64,000 nt of DNA from Planctomycetota bacterium. GTDB taxonomy: Bacteria; Planctomycetota; GCA-002687715; CAIWVZ01. Shown here one piece after another: positions 20,502-30,682 of the stretch (position 1 is the first letter of the stretch; every line of letters starts with the position of its first letter). The stretch spans positions 96,001 through 160,000 of the forward strand of contig JBGANV010000004.1 in NCBI GenBank assembly GCA_044222185.1. The letters run 5' to 3'. Both the position numbers and the translations under genes were made by a program. Under the pieces are notes generated by a model. That model saw only the letters and a list, made by a program, of their open reading frames with translations. It did not search any database and had not been told where the DNA came from.

Positions 20502-21209
20502 ATGAAACGCAACGTTGCTCTGGGACTGTTGGGACTTGCGCTCGCAGCGGGGCTCTCATCCTGCGGCCGTGAATCGTCGCCGCCGCCGAAGCCGACGCCG
20601 CCCGCCGAGAAGGTGTGGACGCCGGACGACATGGCTGCCGATCCGGAAGGCTATTTCCGCTGGGCAGATCAGCAGCTCGCCAATCAGATCCAACAGCGAA
20701 CGCAGCGCCTCGACACGTCCGCCGCGAAGCGAAAAGAACTGGGCGACCGTCGGTCCAAGTTCGCCAACAACTACGACGACATGGTGAACCTGGAGCAGCG
20801 CCTCTCGACGGCCGTGCGCAAGGCCGACGAGGAGGATCACTGGCCGGTTTCCATCGCAGGCCGACAGCTCGACAAGGAGCATGCGAAGGCGACGCTCGAG
20901 GAAACACGGCGGAGGATCGCCGAGCGCAAACCACTCGTGCAGTCCTACGACGAGGCGCTCGCGAAGCTCGACAAGACGATCACGCGCCTGCGTGAGGAGA
21001 TCGACAAGCTCACGGGGCTGAAGGACCGCGTGTCGGTCGACCTGGAGCGCTACCGCATCGACAAGTCGAACCCGGTCACCGAGAAGATGAAGGAGACCGA
21101 GCAGCAGATCGCCACGTACACGAAGATCCTGGGCTCGCTCGGCGAGGACATCTCCGGCGCGCTTCCCATGGCCGTCGCGCCCATCGACATCCAGTCGTTG
21201 ATCAAATGA
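20502..21209 (+). CDS. Coiled-coil lipoprotein, paralog of the preceding gene
   Basis: Lipobox LSSC; DPEGY and HWPVSIAGRQLD motifs. Confidence 0.75.
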   Translation: MKRNVALGLLGLALAAGLSSCGRESSPPPKPTPPAEKVWTPDDMAADPEGYFRWADQQLANQIQQRTQRLDTSAAKRKELGDRRSKFANNYDDMVNLEQRLSTAVRKADEEDHWPVSIAGRQLDKEHAKATLEETRRRIAERKPLVQSYDEALAKLDKTITRLREEIDKLTGLKDRVSVDLERYRIDKSNPVTEKMKETEQQIATYTKILGSLGEDISGALPMAVAPIDIQSLIK

Positions 21210-21241
21210 ACGTCCGGCCCCTCGCCGGAGGAGAAGACAAG

Positions 21242-22864
21242 ATGAAGTCAGTCCACCTGTGCGTGCTTTCCGTTGCGCTTTGTGCGCTCATTGCACCGCG
21301 TGCGTGGTCGCAGAACGACCTGGGCGGCATGGCGGCCGACGCGGAGCTCGTCGAGACCCGCGCCGAAGTGCCCAAGCTCGCCGCCGCGGGCGCCTACGCG
21401 CCCAAGGACAACGTCGTCGAGATCGAGTTGAGCGAGTACGCGGGCTACGCGGGCCTCATCGCGGCGAACGGCGGACTCGAGCCGAACGACAACTCGGTCT
21501 TCACGAAGAAGTACGGGATCAAGGTCAAGCTCTCGTTGAGCGAGGAGGAGAGCTGGTCCGCGCTGAACAGCGGCAAGCTGGCCGCGTCGGCGACGACGGC
21601 GGACGTGCTCGCCGTCTATGGGCGTCAGTTCCAGGTCGTCGTCCCGACCCAGATCGGGTTCTCGCGCGGCGCCGACGGGCTGATCGTCCGCAGCGACATC
21701 AAGAAGGTGAACGCGCTGAAGGGGAAGGTTCTCGCGACGGCGCAGTTCACCGAGGCCGACTTCTTCATCCGTTACCTGGCGGGCGAGGCCGGCCTCGGCG
21801 TCACGATGCTGCCGGACCTGAAGGGCAAGCCGGATCCGGAGAAGGTGAACCTCGTCTACTGCGCGGACGCGTTCGGCGCGGGCGATTTGTTCCTGCGCGA
21901 CCTGAAGTCGGGGCGCAACCGACTGGCCGGCTGCGTGACGTGGGCGCCGAAGACGACGGAAGTCGTCGAGGGCAGCGGCGGCAAGGCGCACATGCTCGTC
22001 TCCAACCGCAACCTCTTGATCATCGGCGACATCCTCGTGGTGAACAAAGGCTTCGCCCAGCAGTTCCCCGAAATGGTGAAGGGACTCGTCGCAGGTCTGA
22101 TCGAAGGCAACGTGATGGTGCGGACGAACCCGGAGGCTCACTTCGACGTCATCGGCAAGGCGTTCAAGTGGGAGAAGGACAAGACCAAGTCCGAGCTCGC
22201 GAAGGTCCACCTGGCGAACGGCCCCGAGAGCCTGGCGTTCCTCACCGGCAACATCGACTCGGCAGGCAGCTTCGGCGGCATCTACTTCTCGGCGATGGAC
22301 GCCTACGGGCGCGAGTTCCTGAAGAACCCGCCCAGCGCCGACCGGTTCGTGGAGCTGAAGCATCTGCAGGCCCTCGAGCAGGCGGGCGCGTTCAAGGATC
22401 AGAAGGCGCTGATCTCGCCGTTGAAGACGGGCGCCGGGCCGTCAGTCGAAGGCGACCCGCTCTTGAGCAAGGACATCCGCTTCTTCTTCGAGACGAACTC
22501 GTCCAAGCTCGACATGCAGAAGCCCGAGAACACGGCGAACCTGGAGGCGATCAAGCGGTTGCTTCAGGTCAGCCCGGGCTCGACGGTCCTGCTGCGTGGT
22601 CATGTAGACAACTCCATGATCCCCGAGTTCCGCAAGAAGGGCGGGGAACAGCTGGTGAGGTCGCAAGGGTTGCGCGCCGTACAGCTCAGCGAGGATCGCG
22701 CGAAGGAGATTCGCCGCCTCCTCACGGAGAAGCACGGGGTCGCCGCCGACCGCATCGAGACCTTCGGCGCGGGTTGGAACGAGCCGGTCAATCCGAACGC
22801 CCTGGACGACGCGCAGCGCGAACAGAATCGTCGCGTCGAAGTGCAGTGGTTCACGCTCGAGTGA
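21242..22864 (+). CDS. Substrate-binding protein (NMT1/SsuA-like) fused to an OmpA-like peptidoglycan-binding domain
   Basis: Signal peptide; SRGADGLIV, CVTWAP, IIGDILVV; C-terminal LRGHVD, LSEDRA, NRRVE. Confidence 0.85.
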   Translation: MKSVHLCVLSVALCALIAPRAWSQNDLGGMAADAELVETRAEVPKLAAAGAYAPKDNVVEIELSEYAGYAGLIAANGGLEPNDNSVFTKKYGIKVKLSLSEEESWSALNSGKLAASATTADVLAVYGRQFQVVVPTQIGFSRGADGLIVRSDIKKVNALKGKVLATAQFTEADFFIRYLAGEAGLGVTMLPDLKGKPDPEKVNLVYCADAFGAGDLFLRDLKSGRNRLAGCVTWAPKTTEVVEGSGGKAHMLVSNRNLLIIGDILVVNKGFAQQFPEMVKGLVAGLIEGNVMVRTNPEAHFDVIGKAFKWEKDKTKSELAKVHLANGPESLAFLTGNIDSAGSFGGIYFSAMDAYGREFLKNPPSADRFVELKHLQALEQAGAFKDQKALISPLKTGAGPSVEGDPLLSKDIRFFFETNSSKLDMQKPENTANLEAIKRLLQVSPGSTVLLRGHVDNSMIPEFRKKGGEQLVRSQGLRAVQLSEDRAKEIRRLLTEKHGVAADRIETFGAGWNEPVNPNALDDAQREQNRRVEVQWFTLE

Positions 22865-22893
22865 TCGAAGTCGCCTGACTGGGGGAGAGTGGG

Positions 22894-24279
22894 ATGCTCC
22901 GAATCGGAATGGTGTGGTCGTGCCTCCTGGCCGTCACCGCCTTCGCCCAGGAGAGCGGCGCCGCCGTCGAGTCGACGACCAAGCAGCTTGCGACGCCGGG
23001 CGGCGGGAGCATCTCGTACACGATCTCGGCGACGCCGGCGATGGCGCGGAACCTCCGACCGATCGTGATCATCCTCAAGGCGGACGGCGCGCTCGGGAAC
23101 ATCGGCGCGTCGTCGCTGAGCCACGCGCTCGGGAAGGTCGGATGGGTCGCCATCACGATCGACGCCACGACGCAGCCGCTCGGAGCTCCGCACCCGCTCC
23201 ACGAGCTGTGCCGGCGGCTACGCGTCACCTACCGCATCGAAGGCGTGCGGTTCTACTGGGTCTCGATCGGAGACGTGGCGGTTCCGCCCTCGCTCACCCC
23301 CGAGTTCGTCGTCCCGAAACCGCTCCCGGTCGCGCACGACGAAACGCCGCCAGCTGTCGACGCGCTCCGCAAGCTGCGCGAGTCGACGCGACGCTCCGAT
23401 CCCGCCGAGCAGTCCGCCGCCGAGGCGCTCGACGATTTCTGCGACGCCGCCTCGCGCGGCGACGCCAAGCGGTACTTCGCGCTCTTCGCTCCGGACGGTG
23501 TCTTCTTTGGAACCGACGGCGCCGAGCGTTGGACCGTGGACGCGTTCCGCAAGTTCTGCGAGCCGTACTTCAAGCGCGAGTCCGCTTGGATCTTCATCCC
23601 CACGTCGCGCAACTTCGTCCTCTCCGAAGATGGCACGCACTGCTACTTCGACGAGGCGCTGTACAGCGCGAGTTACGGGCGCTGTCGCGGCACGGGCGCG
23701 CTGCGCCGCATCGACGGCAACTGGAAGATCGCCCAGTACAATCTGTCGATCCCGATCCCCAACGACCTCGCACCGGATTTCGTCGCGCGCATCCGTGCGA
23801 CCGAGCGCGGCGAATCCCGCCCGTCCGGTGCCACCACCCTCTACATCGTTCGTCACGCCGAGAAGTCCACGAAGGATTCGAAGGACCAGGACCCGCCGCT
23901 CTCGGACGTCGGAATCGCCCGTTCACTCTCGCTCTACCAGGCGCTGCGCAGCGTCGGCGTCTCGTTCGTGTTCACGTCGGACAAGAAGCGCACCCAGCAG
24001 ACGGCCGAGTACTTCCGCGTCGCAGGCGCGAAAGCCACCTCGTTGCCCGCCGCCGACGTGAAGGCCATCGTGACCGCGGCGACCGCTCATCCCGGCGAGG
24101 CGACCCTCATCGTCTCGCACTCGAACGTGATTCCCGGAATCCTGAAGGAGCTCGGCATCACCGAGAAGGTCGAGATCCCCGAGACCGCCTACGACGACCT
24201 GTTCGTCGTCACGATCGACGCCGCCGGCCAGTCGCGGATGCAGCACCTGCACTACGGGCAAATGTCGGTCGCGAAGTAG
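22894..24279 (+). CDS. Exported fusion protein: unknown N-domain + SnoaL/NTF2-like domain + histidine phosphatase domain
   Basis: FFGTDGAERW...WKIAQYNLSIPIPN (SnoaL-like); YIVRHAEK, RTQQTA, IVSHSN (SixA/PGM-like). Confidence 0.85.
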   Translation: MLRIGMVWSCLLAVTAFAQESGAAVESTTKQLATPGGGSISYTISATPAMARNLRPIVIILKADGALGNIGASSLSHALGKVGWVAITIDATTQPLGAPHPLHELCRRLRVTYRIEGVRFYWVSIGDVAVPPSLTPEFVVPKPLPVAHDETPPAVDALRKLRESTRRSDPAEQSAAEALDDFCDAASRGDAKRYFALFAPDGVFFGTDGAERWTVDAFRKFCEPYFKRESAWIFIPTSRNFVLSEDGTHCYFDEALYSASYGRCRGTGALRRIDGNWKIAQYNLSIPIPNDLAPDFVARIRATERGESRPSGATTLYIVRHAEKSTKDSKDQDPPLSDVGIARSLSLYQALRSVGVSFVFTSDKKRTQQTAEYFRVAGAKATSLPAADVKAIVTAATAHPGEATLIVSHSNVIPGILKELGITEKVEIPETAYDDLFVVTIDAAGQSRMQHLHYGQMSVAK

Positions 24280-24682
24280 GCTGACCGCGCGGCGTTCGCC
24301 CGCCGCGGCTGCGCCAATCCCAGCGTTCTCAGGCCGAAGTTCCGAACGCCGGGCGTCGCGTCCCGGTCCACGCCGCCAGAAATCGGAACGTCGGGTGTGG
24401 CGATTCCTGCCGCAGGAAATGTGTCCGAGCGGGCTTCGTGCGCTCAAGTGTCGCCAATCCCCGACCGTCGTACGCCGAGGCGGAAAGCGAGCCCAGCGGT
24501 TCACGTCGAATCGCCGTGTTTGCGTGAGATGGCTTGGCGTGGAGCGCAAGCGGTTTCGCGAGATCTGGCGTGAGGCACGTTGCCTCGCCGCGTGACGGAC
24601 GACCGGGGATGTGGGTCAGTCGAGCGAGCCTGCCGGTCCGGGTCCCGTGCAGAATCAACGCGACTGGGTTCGGAGCAATCCA

Positions 24683-26278
24683 ATGAGAACGGGCTACGTG
24701 AGAGCGGCGTCATTCGTTGTCTGCCTGGTCATGGCGTCGATGGCGGCGGCACAGAACGGAACCAATGGTGCTCCAGGGGATGCGTCTCACCCCGATGGGT
24801 ACCCGGGCACCGCCGGCGGCTCGGGTAGCCTCGGCGGAAACGGCGGCCGCGGCGGCGACGGCTGGGCCGGATCCAGCAATGCCAACGGCGGCGCAGGCGG
24901 GAGTGGGTCCGGCTACCAAGGCGGCGGAAACGGCGGCGCTGGTGGAAACGGCGTGGGGCTGGGCGCCGGTGGCCCCGGTGGACCGGGTGGAATCACGGGT
25001 GACGGCGGAACGGGCGGAGTCGGCGGATCCAACGGCGGGATCGGCGGGGCGGGTGGATCGGCGTCCTCAGGGAATGGCGGAACCGGAGGTCTCGGTGGTT
25101 CGGGGGGCGGCGCCGGTGGAGCCGGCGGGTTCTCCAGCGGCGGTAACGGGGGGACAGGCGGCCAGGGCGGATCTGGCGGCGGCCACGGAGGAGACGGCGG
25201 AAACACAACCGCGCCAGGCGCGACCGGCGGTACCGGCGGCCTGGGCGGTTCCTCCGGAGGAACTGGCGGAAATGGTGGGAACGCGTCGGGGTCCGGTGGC
25301 AACGGTGGAGCCGGCGGGCCCGGCAATTCCGGCGGCGGCAACGGTGGAAACGGCGGCACCTCGGCGTCCGGAGTCGGCGGCAGGGGTGGTGACGGTGGAA
25401 GCGGCGGCGGTAATGGTGGGAACGGCGGTAGTTCGTCGTTTGGAAATGGTGGCCCCGGCGGGAACGGTGGTCCTGGTGGTGGGACCGGCGGTAACGGCGG
25501 CAACACATCGTCCGGCACTGGCGGAGTCGGCGGGACCGGTGGCGCCGGGGGCCCCGGAGCAACCGCAGGTGCGGGCGGGCGCGGTGGCAACGGAACCGGA
25601 GCGAACTCCATCGGCGGCGTTGGCGGCGCCGGTGGGGCCGGCGCGAATTCGGGCCAGCAGGGCGGCAAGGGCGGCGATGGCGGGTCAGGTGCGGGAAGCG
25701 GAAGCGGGGGCGTCGGCGGTGCGGGCGGTAACGGTGGGCCGGGGAGCGCGCCGGGTGGCACCGGCGGCCAGGGCGGACCCGGTGGCGGCGGGAGCAACGG
25801 TGGTGTTGGCGGCAGCGGTGGCACGGGTGGCAAGGGCGGCACCGGTGGGCAGCCGAATGGCGCTGGCGGAACCGGTGGCCCGGGTGGTGACGGCGGTCCC
25901 GGTTCAACCGGCGGGGTTGGTGGCGCCGGTGGCGACCCGACCGGCACGGGTGCCGGCGGCGATGGCGGCCAGGGTGGCAGGGGCGGGAGCGGTATCGGGC
26001 CGAATGGCAACGGTCGCGACGGTGCTCCGGGCGGCGTGGGCGCTTGCGGGTGTCCCGGTGGAAAGGGGGGCAAGGGAGGGACCGGCGGAACGGGCGTCGG
26101 CACGGGGAAGGGAGGTAACGGCGGCACCGGTGGCGTCGGCGGCAAGGCCAAGACCGCGGGTTGCCAGGTTGGCGACGGCGGCCCCGGCGGCGATCCGGGC
26201 GCCGGCGGTCCCGGCGGGACCAGCGGCAAGCCGGGCGCGTTCGGCCCACGAGGGTCCGGCACATGTTCGCAGCAATAG
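24683..26278 (+). CDS. Exported glycine-rich protein built of GGx repeats (PGRS/polyglycine-II-like)
   Basis: Signal peptide MRTGYVRAASFVVCLVMASMAAA-Q, then about 500 aa of GGNGG/GGTGG/GGAGG repeats; Cys and Lys concentrated near the C-terminus. Confidence 0.85.
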   Translation: MRTGYVRAASFVVCLVMASMAAAQNGTNGAPGDASHPDGYPGTAGGSGSLGGNGGRGGDGWAGSSNANGGAGGSGSGYQGGGNGGAGGNGVGLGAGGPGGPGGITGDGGTGGVGGSNGGIGGAGGSASSGNGGTGGLGGSGGGAGGAGGFSSGGNGGTGGQGGSGGGHGGDGGNTTAPGATGGTGGLGGSSGGTGGNGGNASGSGGNGGAGGPGNSGGGNGGNGGTSASGVGGRGGDGGSGGGNGGNGGSSSFGNGGPGGNGGPGGGTGGNGGNTSSGTGGVGGTGGAGGPGATAGAGGRGGNGTGANSIGGVGGAGGAGANSGQQGGKGGDGGSGAGSGSGGVGGAGGNGGPGSAPGGTGGQGGPGGGGSNGGVGGSGGTGGKGGTGGQPNGAGGTGGPGGDGGPGSTGGVGGAGGDPTGTGAGGDGGQGGRGGSGIGPNGNGRDGAPGGVGACGCPGGKGGKGGTGGTGVGTGKGGNGGTGGVGGKAKTAGCQVGDGGPGGDPGAGGPGGTSGKPGAFGPRGSGTCSQQ

Positions 26279-26282
26279 TCGC

Positions 26283-26324
26283 TCAGCCGACTTCGCTCGG
26301 TCGCGGTCCGAGCGAGTGAGCTGA
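26283..26324 (+). terminator. Hairpin after the Gly-rich gene
   Basis: TCGCTCGG pairs with CCGAGCGA, flanked by TCAGC/GCTGA. Confidence 0.35.
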
Positions 26325-26479
26325 AACCCGACAGGTCGCCGCTCGTGTCGAAGCCTTGCGAGCGGCGACCTGACGGAACCTTGGAAGGCTCTGGAGTGAG
26401 CAGGTTCGCGTCATACCGGATCGACCGGAGACAGATGCACCTCGTGTTCTCGAAAACCAGCTGTTTGGAGTGGATTCCC

Positions 26480-27097
26480 GTGAGCAAAACACGTTTGAAT
26501 TTCCTGTCGATCTTGGGGCCGGCAATGGCACTGGCGCTCTTCGTTGCCGCAAAGGGTTTGGATGACGGCCACGGCGGTTTCGCGGAACCGAATCCTCAGG
26601 GCGCGTCCCGGGCTCCGTCGGACGGTGGCACTGCAACGTTGTTCAGCCAGGATGAGCTCATGTGCGCCTACAGCTTCAGGAGATCCGAATACGGTCTCGT
26701 CGTCCAGGACGGCCGGCCGGCGAACAAGTCGACGGACATCATGTTCGACCGCTATGGCCAAGGCGTTCTCGCCATCGCAGTCGAGAGCGGAAGCCTTGGC
26801 TCGATCGTCGACGTCGGTCCCGCGCTGATGAAGAACACGGACCAGTCCGTGTTCTGGTATCTCAAACGGGATGGGCAGAAGGTGACGTGCGACGGAGAGG
26901 CGACGCCTGCGTTCGAGACGGTCGACTTCTCGGCAGTGGAAGCGAAACCTACGGCCGCCGCACCAGCGCTCGTCGGCCACACCTACGTCATCAAGTGCAG
27001 CTATGCTGATCAGACCAAACCTTTCTACGCTGCGGTCCGGGTCATTGCGATGACGCCCCAGCAATCGCTGACGTTGCGCTGGCGCCTCTTGGAATGA
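26480..27097 (+). CDS. Hypothetical exported protein
   Basis: GTG with GGAG RBS, hydrophobic N-terminus, globular beta-rich body (GHTYVIK...LTLRWRLL). Confidence 0.7.
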   Translation: MSKTRLNFLSILGPAMALALFVAAKGLDDGHGGFAEPNPQGASRAPSDGGTATLFSQDELMCAYSFRRSEYGLVVQDGRPANKSTDIMFDRYGQGVLAIAVESGSLGSIVDVGPALMKNTDQSVFWYLKRDGQKVTCDGEATPAFETVDFSAVEAKPTAAAPALVGHTYVIKCSYADQTKPFYAAVRVIAMTPQQSLTLRWRLLE

Positions 27098-27139
27098 GTG
27101 CGGTGTCAACCGATCGATGAATACGACAGGGAGCCGACG

Positions 27140-28738
27140 ATGCGACGCGCGGTGCTGACGACCCTATTGATTGCGGTTGGCGCGTTCGTCGTCGTTCGCT
27201 CCTGTTCGGACGACGGTCCGCGCGGCGCGCCACCTCCGGCGCGTCTCGAGTCGACGCTGGAACTCACGCCGTCCTCGCGGCCTATCACGAAGGCGCGTGT
27301 GCCATCCGAGGAACCGGCCACATCGGCGCCGGGGAAACCGGAGTCGATCTCCTGGACGATCTTCGTGTTCGATGACGCGACATCGCTTCCGATTGCCGTA
27401 CCAGTCGACGTCATCTCCGTGTCCTCGACGGATGCGTCCTTCAATGTGTCGCGGTTCACCGATAACACCGGCGCGCTCGCCGTCGAATCAGTCCCGGGCC
27501 ACTACGGGGTCACGGTCAATCGGAACCCAGGTCGGCGGATTGCGGTGTATGAGGACGCGAGCATCGACGTCGACGCCCGAGATCCGGATCAAGCCGTGGA
27601 AGTCCGGCTCAAACGTTCCGATGCGACGTGTTCGGTCGAGGTGCGTGATTCGCTGGGGAAACCGATCAGCGGCATAGACGTTCGCGCCGTTCCTCAGCAG
27701 ATGCTCCGCACGACCGACTCGGAAGGAAAAGTCTCGTTCGAAGGCCTTCCGCGCCGCGAGGTGAGGATTCAGGTCGAGTCCGGCCGCGAGCGTTCGGACG
27801 TCTGCATTCCCGCCTCACTGCATCAACTGGTCGACCTGTCCGCCAAGAACAGCGACTCGATCACGTTTGCCCTCCCGAGGTGCGAGCGTGTCGTGTTCAC
27901 GGTGACGATCGGTGCGAATGCCTCGAACCTGCCTGACGTCCTCGGGCGCGTGGTCCTTGCTCCAATAACGGCCGTCTGCAACACGCACGCCTCCGGGACG
28001 CTGCTTCGCGGGCAACCCCTCAGTCTGAACGTGCCCGTCGGTACGTATCGGATTCAGTGTGAAGCCGCTGACGGCGTTCCCCTGGCGATCCGGGCGGACC
28101 GCGACGAACTCCGCGTACGTGGTGGCGGTGACGAGGCCGTTTCGATCAACCTCGAGGCCGGCAAAGGCGTACTCGTCGGGACCGTGCTCGGACTCGCCGA
28201 GAAGCCCGTTGCGGGTCTGCGGCTGCGCGTGAACTCGGCGAAGGCCGACGGAACTTGGGATCAGTTGGGGGGTGGACATCGCGCCGTCACGGATGACGCG
28301 GGGCGCTTCGTCGTGTCCGGCTTGCCGGAGCGCGCGATCCAGGTGTGGCTGTTCGTCGACCAATCCGAGGCTGGTAACGACCTCGCGTTCCCGGGGACGG
28401 CGGACGAGCCATACGTCGTGTTCCCAAGACCGGCCTCCGATGCCGTGATTCGATTGGAGCGTGGCTACGTGATTCGCGGCCGGCTGAAAGTCCGGGACCG
28501 TCTCGTGACGGAGGGGCAGGTGTCGATCGACATCGAGCGCATCCGTGGGGGTGCGGAACGATCCCTTGGCCCCGGTAACGGCGGCGAATTCAGCTTTGCT
28601 CACCTGCGACGCGGTGTCTACCGGCTCCGATATCGCGACGCGAATGGTGCCGCGGTCGGGGTCTCCGAGCCGGTCGATGTGAGCTCCGAAGCCGACGAGC
28701 GCGGTGTCGTCGAGCGGGCGTTCATCATGCGCGACTGA
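27140..28738 (+). CDS. Membrane-anchored protein with carboxypeptidase-regulatory-like beta-sandwich repeats
   Basis: N-terminal TM; repeated TDxxG-x-F and GxY motifs (TTDSEGKVSFEGLP, VTDDAGRFVVSGLP). Confidence 0.8.
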   Translation: MRRAVLTTLLIAVGAFVVVRSCSDDGPRGAPPPARLESTLELTPSSRPITKARVPSEEPATSAPGKPESISWTIFVFDDATSLPIAVPVDVISVSSTDASFNVSRFTDNTGALAVESVPGHYGVTVNRNPGRRIAVYEDASIDVDARDPDQAVEVRLKRSDATCSVEVRDSLGKPISGIDVRAVPQQMLRTTDSEGKVSFEGLPRREVRIQVESGRERSDVCIPASLHQLVDLSAKNSDSITFALPRCERVVFTVTIGANASNLPDVLGRVVLAPITAVCNTHASGTLLRGQPLSLNVPVGTYRIQCEAADGVPLAIRADRDELRVRGGGDEAVSINLEAGKGVLVGTVLGLAEKPVAGLRLRVNSAKADGTWDQLGGGHRAVTDDAGRFVVSGLPERAIQVWLFVDQSEAGNDLAFPGTADEPYVVFPRPASDAVIRLERGYVIRGRLKVRDRLVTEGQVSIDIERIRGGAERSLGPGNGGEFSFAHLRRGVYRLRYRDANGAAVGVSEPVDVSSEADERGVVERAFIMRD

Positions 28739-29446
28739 GAATGGGCGGTGGGTCGAACTCGTCGACGGACGGTTCCCTCTGAACCGCAGTGCCACTCCAG
28801 GGGGATGCTCGCGCGTGGGAGCGATGGGCTCAGTGGAACGTTCGTCGCGCGCGATGGCCATCCACCTGCTGGGCCGATTCCAGGTTCGCGATCATGACGA
28901 CGAGAAGGCCCCTGCAAGGTCGGCTGGAGGCGTCGTCCGCCATCGGAAGTGACTGGGTGGGCGCGATGGGATTCGTTCGATCAGGGGTGAACGCGCGCCG
29001 CTCGAAGCCCTGTCGGTCTCGACTCGCGGCTCACGGCGCGCTTCACGCGGTGAATTCCGGCTCTCATCGATCGCTCGGGAGTTGCGGGGGATTTCGTTTC
29101 GCCCTCCGCCGCTCGTCAGCTCGCAGCGGGTCACGGGGGAGTCTGCGGCGAGTTCGGCGAACGTTGGCCTTGCGTTGGCCGAGGGCTGACGCAGTTGCCG
29201 GAGCTTGATTGATCGACGGCGATGTCGAGCCTCTCGATCGTACACGCCGACCGGAGCCGTGGCTGACGGTTGGATCGGTATCGGCGGCGATGCGCGCGCT
29301 TGACGCCACCGGCCGCACCTTCCGTTGCTCCGCGGCTCTGCCTGTCCGCGACGACGCTGCGCACGCTCCTTGATCCGGCGGGTCGGCGGCGACGCGCGCC
29401 CGCGGTCGGACGCGATCCCCTCGAACGGGTCGCGAGGAGACCGTTC

Positions 29447-30657
29447 ATGCAAGTCGACGTGCTGGTGGGTGGCAGCGAACCACGCGGCGCATGGTTCAGG
29501 CACGTGTCTCTCGGCGTCGCGGCGATGATGTTGCTGGGCGCCGGAAACTCCCTGGCGCAGCAGGACCGCGTTGGCCGCACCCGCAACCTGGCGTGTCACG
29601 TTCTCCACTTCGCGCCGGGCGACGACCGCGCGGCCTCGTTCATCCGGTCAGGCGCCGTCACCCGCGTCACCGACTACGGGGCCTTCGTCCGCGTCGTCGT
29701 CGAGTCCGCACGAATGGGCCGCGCCTGGGATCCAGCCGCCGTCGCCGACGCGCTGTGGGACGACGAGCTCGGGGTCGACTTCAATGGGTCTACGGTGCCG
29801 ACCGATGACCCGTCATCCCGCGCTCGCAGGACGCCGTCTCCGCGGCGTGGCGCGAGATCGAAACCAGCAGCCGGGCGTTGGTCGTCGTCCGACTCGAAGG
29901 GCCCGTCACGGCCGCGGGGCGTGCGCGCCTCGATTCCGTCGCGCGCGTGATCATGCCGCTGTCGCGGAATGCCTACGTCGTCTCCGTCGATCCGACGTCC
30001 GCGCCGGCGTTCGCGGCATTCGTCGTGAGCGACGAGATTCGCGCGTCGTTCCCGTTGCACGCGTGGTTCAAGTTCTCTTCCGAGCTCCGGCTTGCGGACG
30101 CAGGCGCCGCGTCGCACGGGAGCGCAGGGCGTGACGTCGTCGGGCGGTTTGACGCCATCGCCGTGGCGCGCGCGGCGCGGGATCCGTCCGCCGTCTCGAT
30201 CACGCCGTGGGCGAATCCCGTCCCACTCGACGAGATCGCGGGACAGATCCTCGCGGAGAACCTGGATGCGAGCTTGGACCAACCGACCGTGCCGGGGTAC
30301 TCCGCGTGGCTCGCCTCGAAGGGATTCCAGGCGTCCGGGCAACTCGACTTCGTCGTCGACGTGACGGATTCGGGCTTCGATCGCGGGTCCGTCACGGACG
30401 TCCGCAACGAGTTCCGGGTGGGCGGCCTCGCGACCGGCGCGAACCGGCTCGTGTATTCGTGGAACCGCTCGATCGAACCGTCCGCCCAGGACTTCGAGCT
30501 CCCCACCTTCGACGCCCAAGGTGTCTTCCAGTCCGTTCCGTTCACGCTCCCGCTGCCCGCGCTCGGCGCGAACGTCGCCCTGCAAGCCGTCTACGTCGAC
30601 GCGACCGGCCCCCTCGGCACCCGCCTGACCTGGGCGCCGAATCCGTTCACGCTTTGA
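29447..30657 (+). pseudogene. Degraded S8 (subtilase-like) exported peptidase: frameshift plus large internal deletion
   Basis: Signal peptide and prodomain in one frame, shift at about 29807-29812, then VDVTDSGFD (catalytic Asp motif) with no His or Ser motif before the tail ALQAVYVDATG. Confidence 0.65.
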
Positions 30658-30682
30658 GGGGGCCCTTGCGGTTGGCGATGCC

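Noticed and set aside
24913-26487. 524-aa Pro-rich ORF and Arg/His-rich ORFs over the Gly-rich gene
   Set aside because: Antisense and alternate-frame shadows of GGN codon repeats; only the plus-strand Gly frame has a signal peptide.
29806-29808. In-frame TGA upstream of ORF 29878..30657 as a third Sec site
   Set aside because: No adjacent Cys or redox motif; the upstream coding sequence is in another frame, so a 1-bp frameshift explains it.
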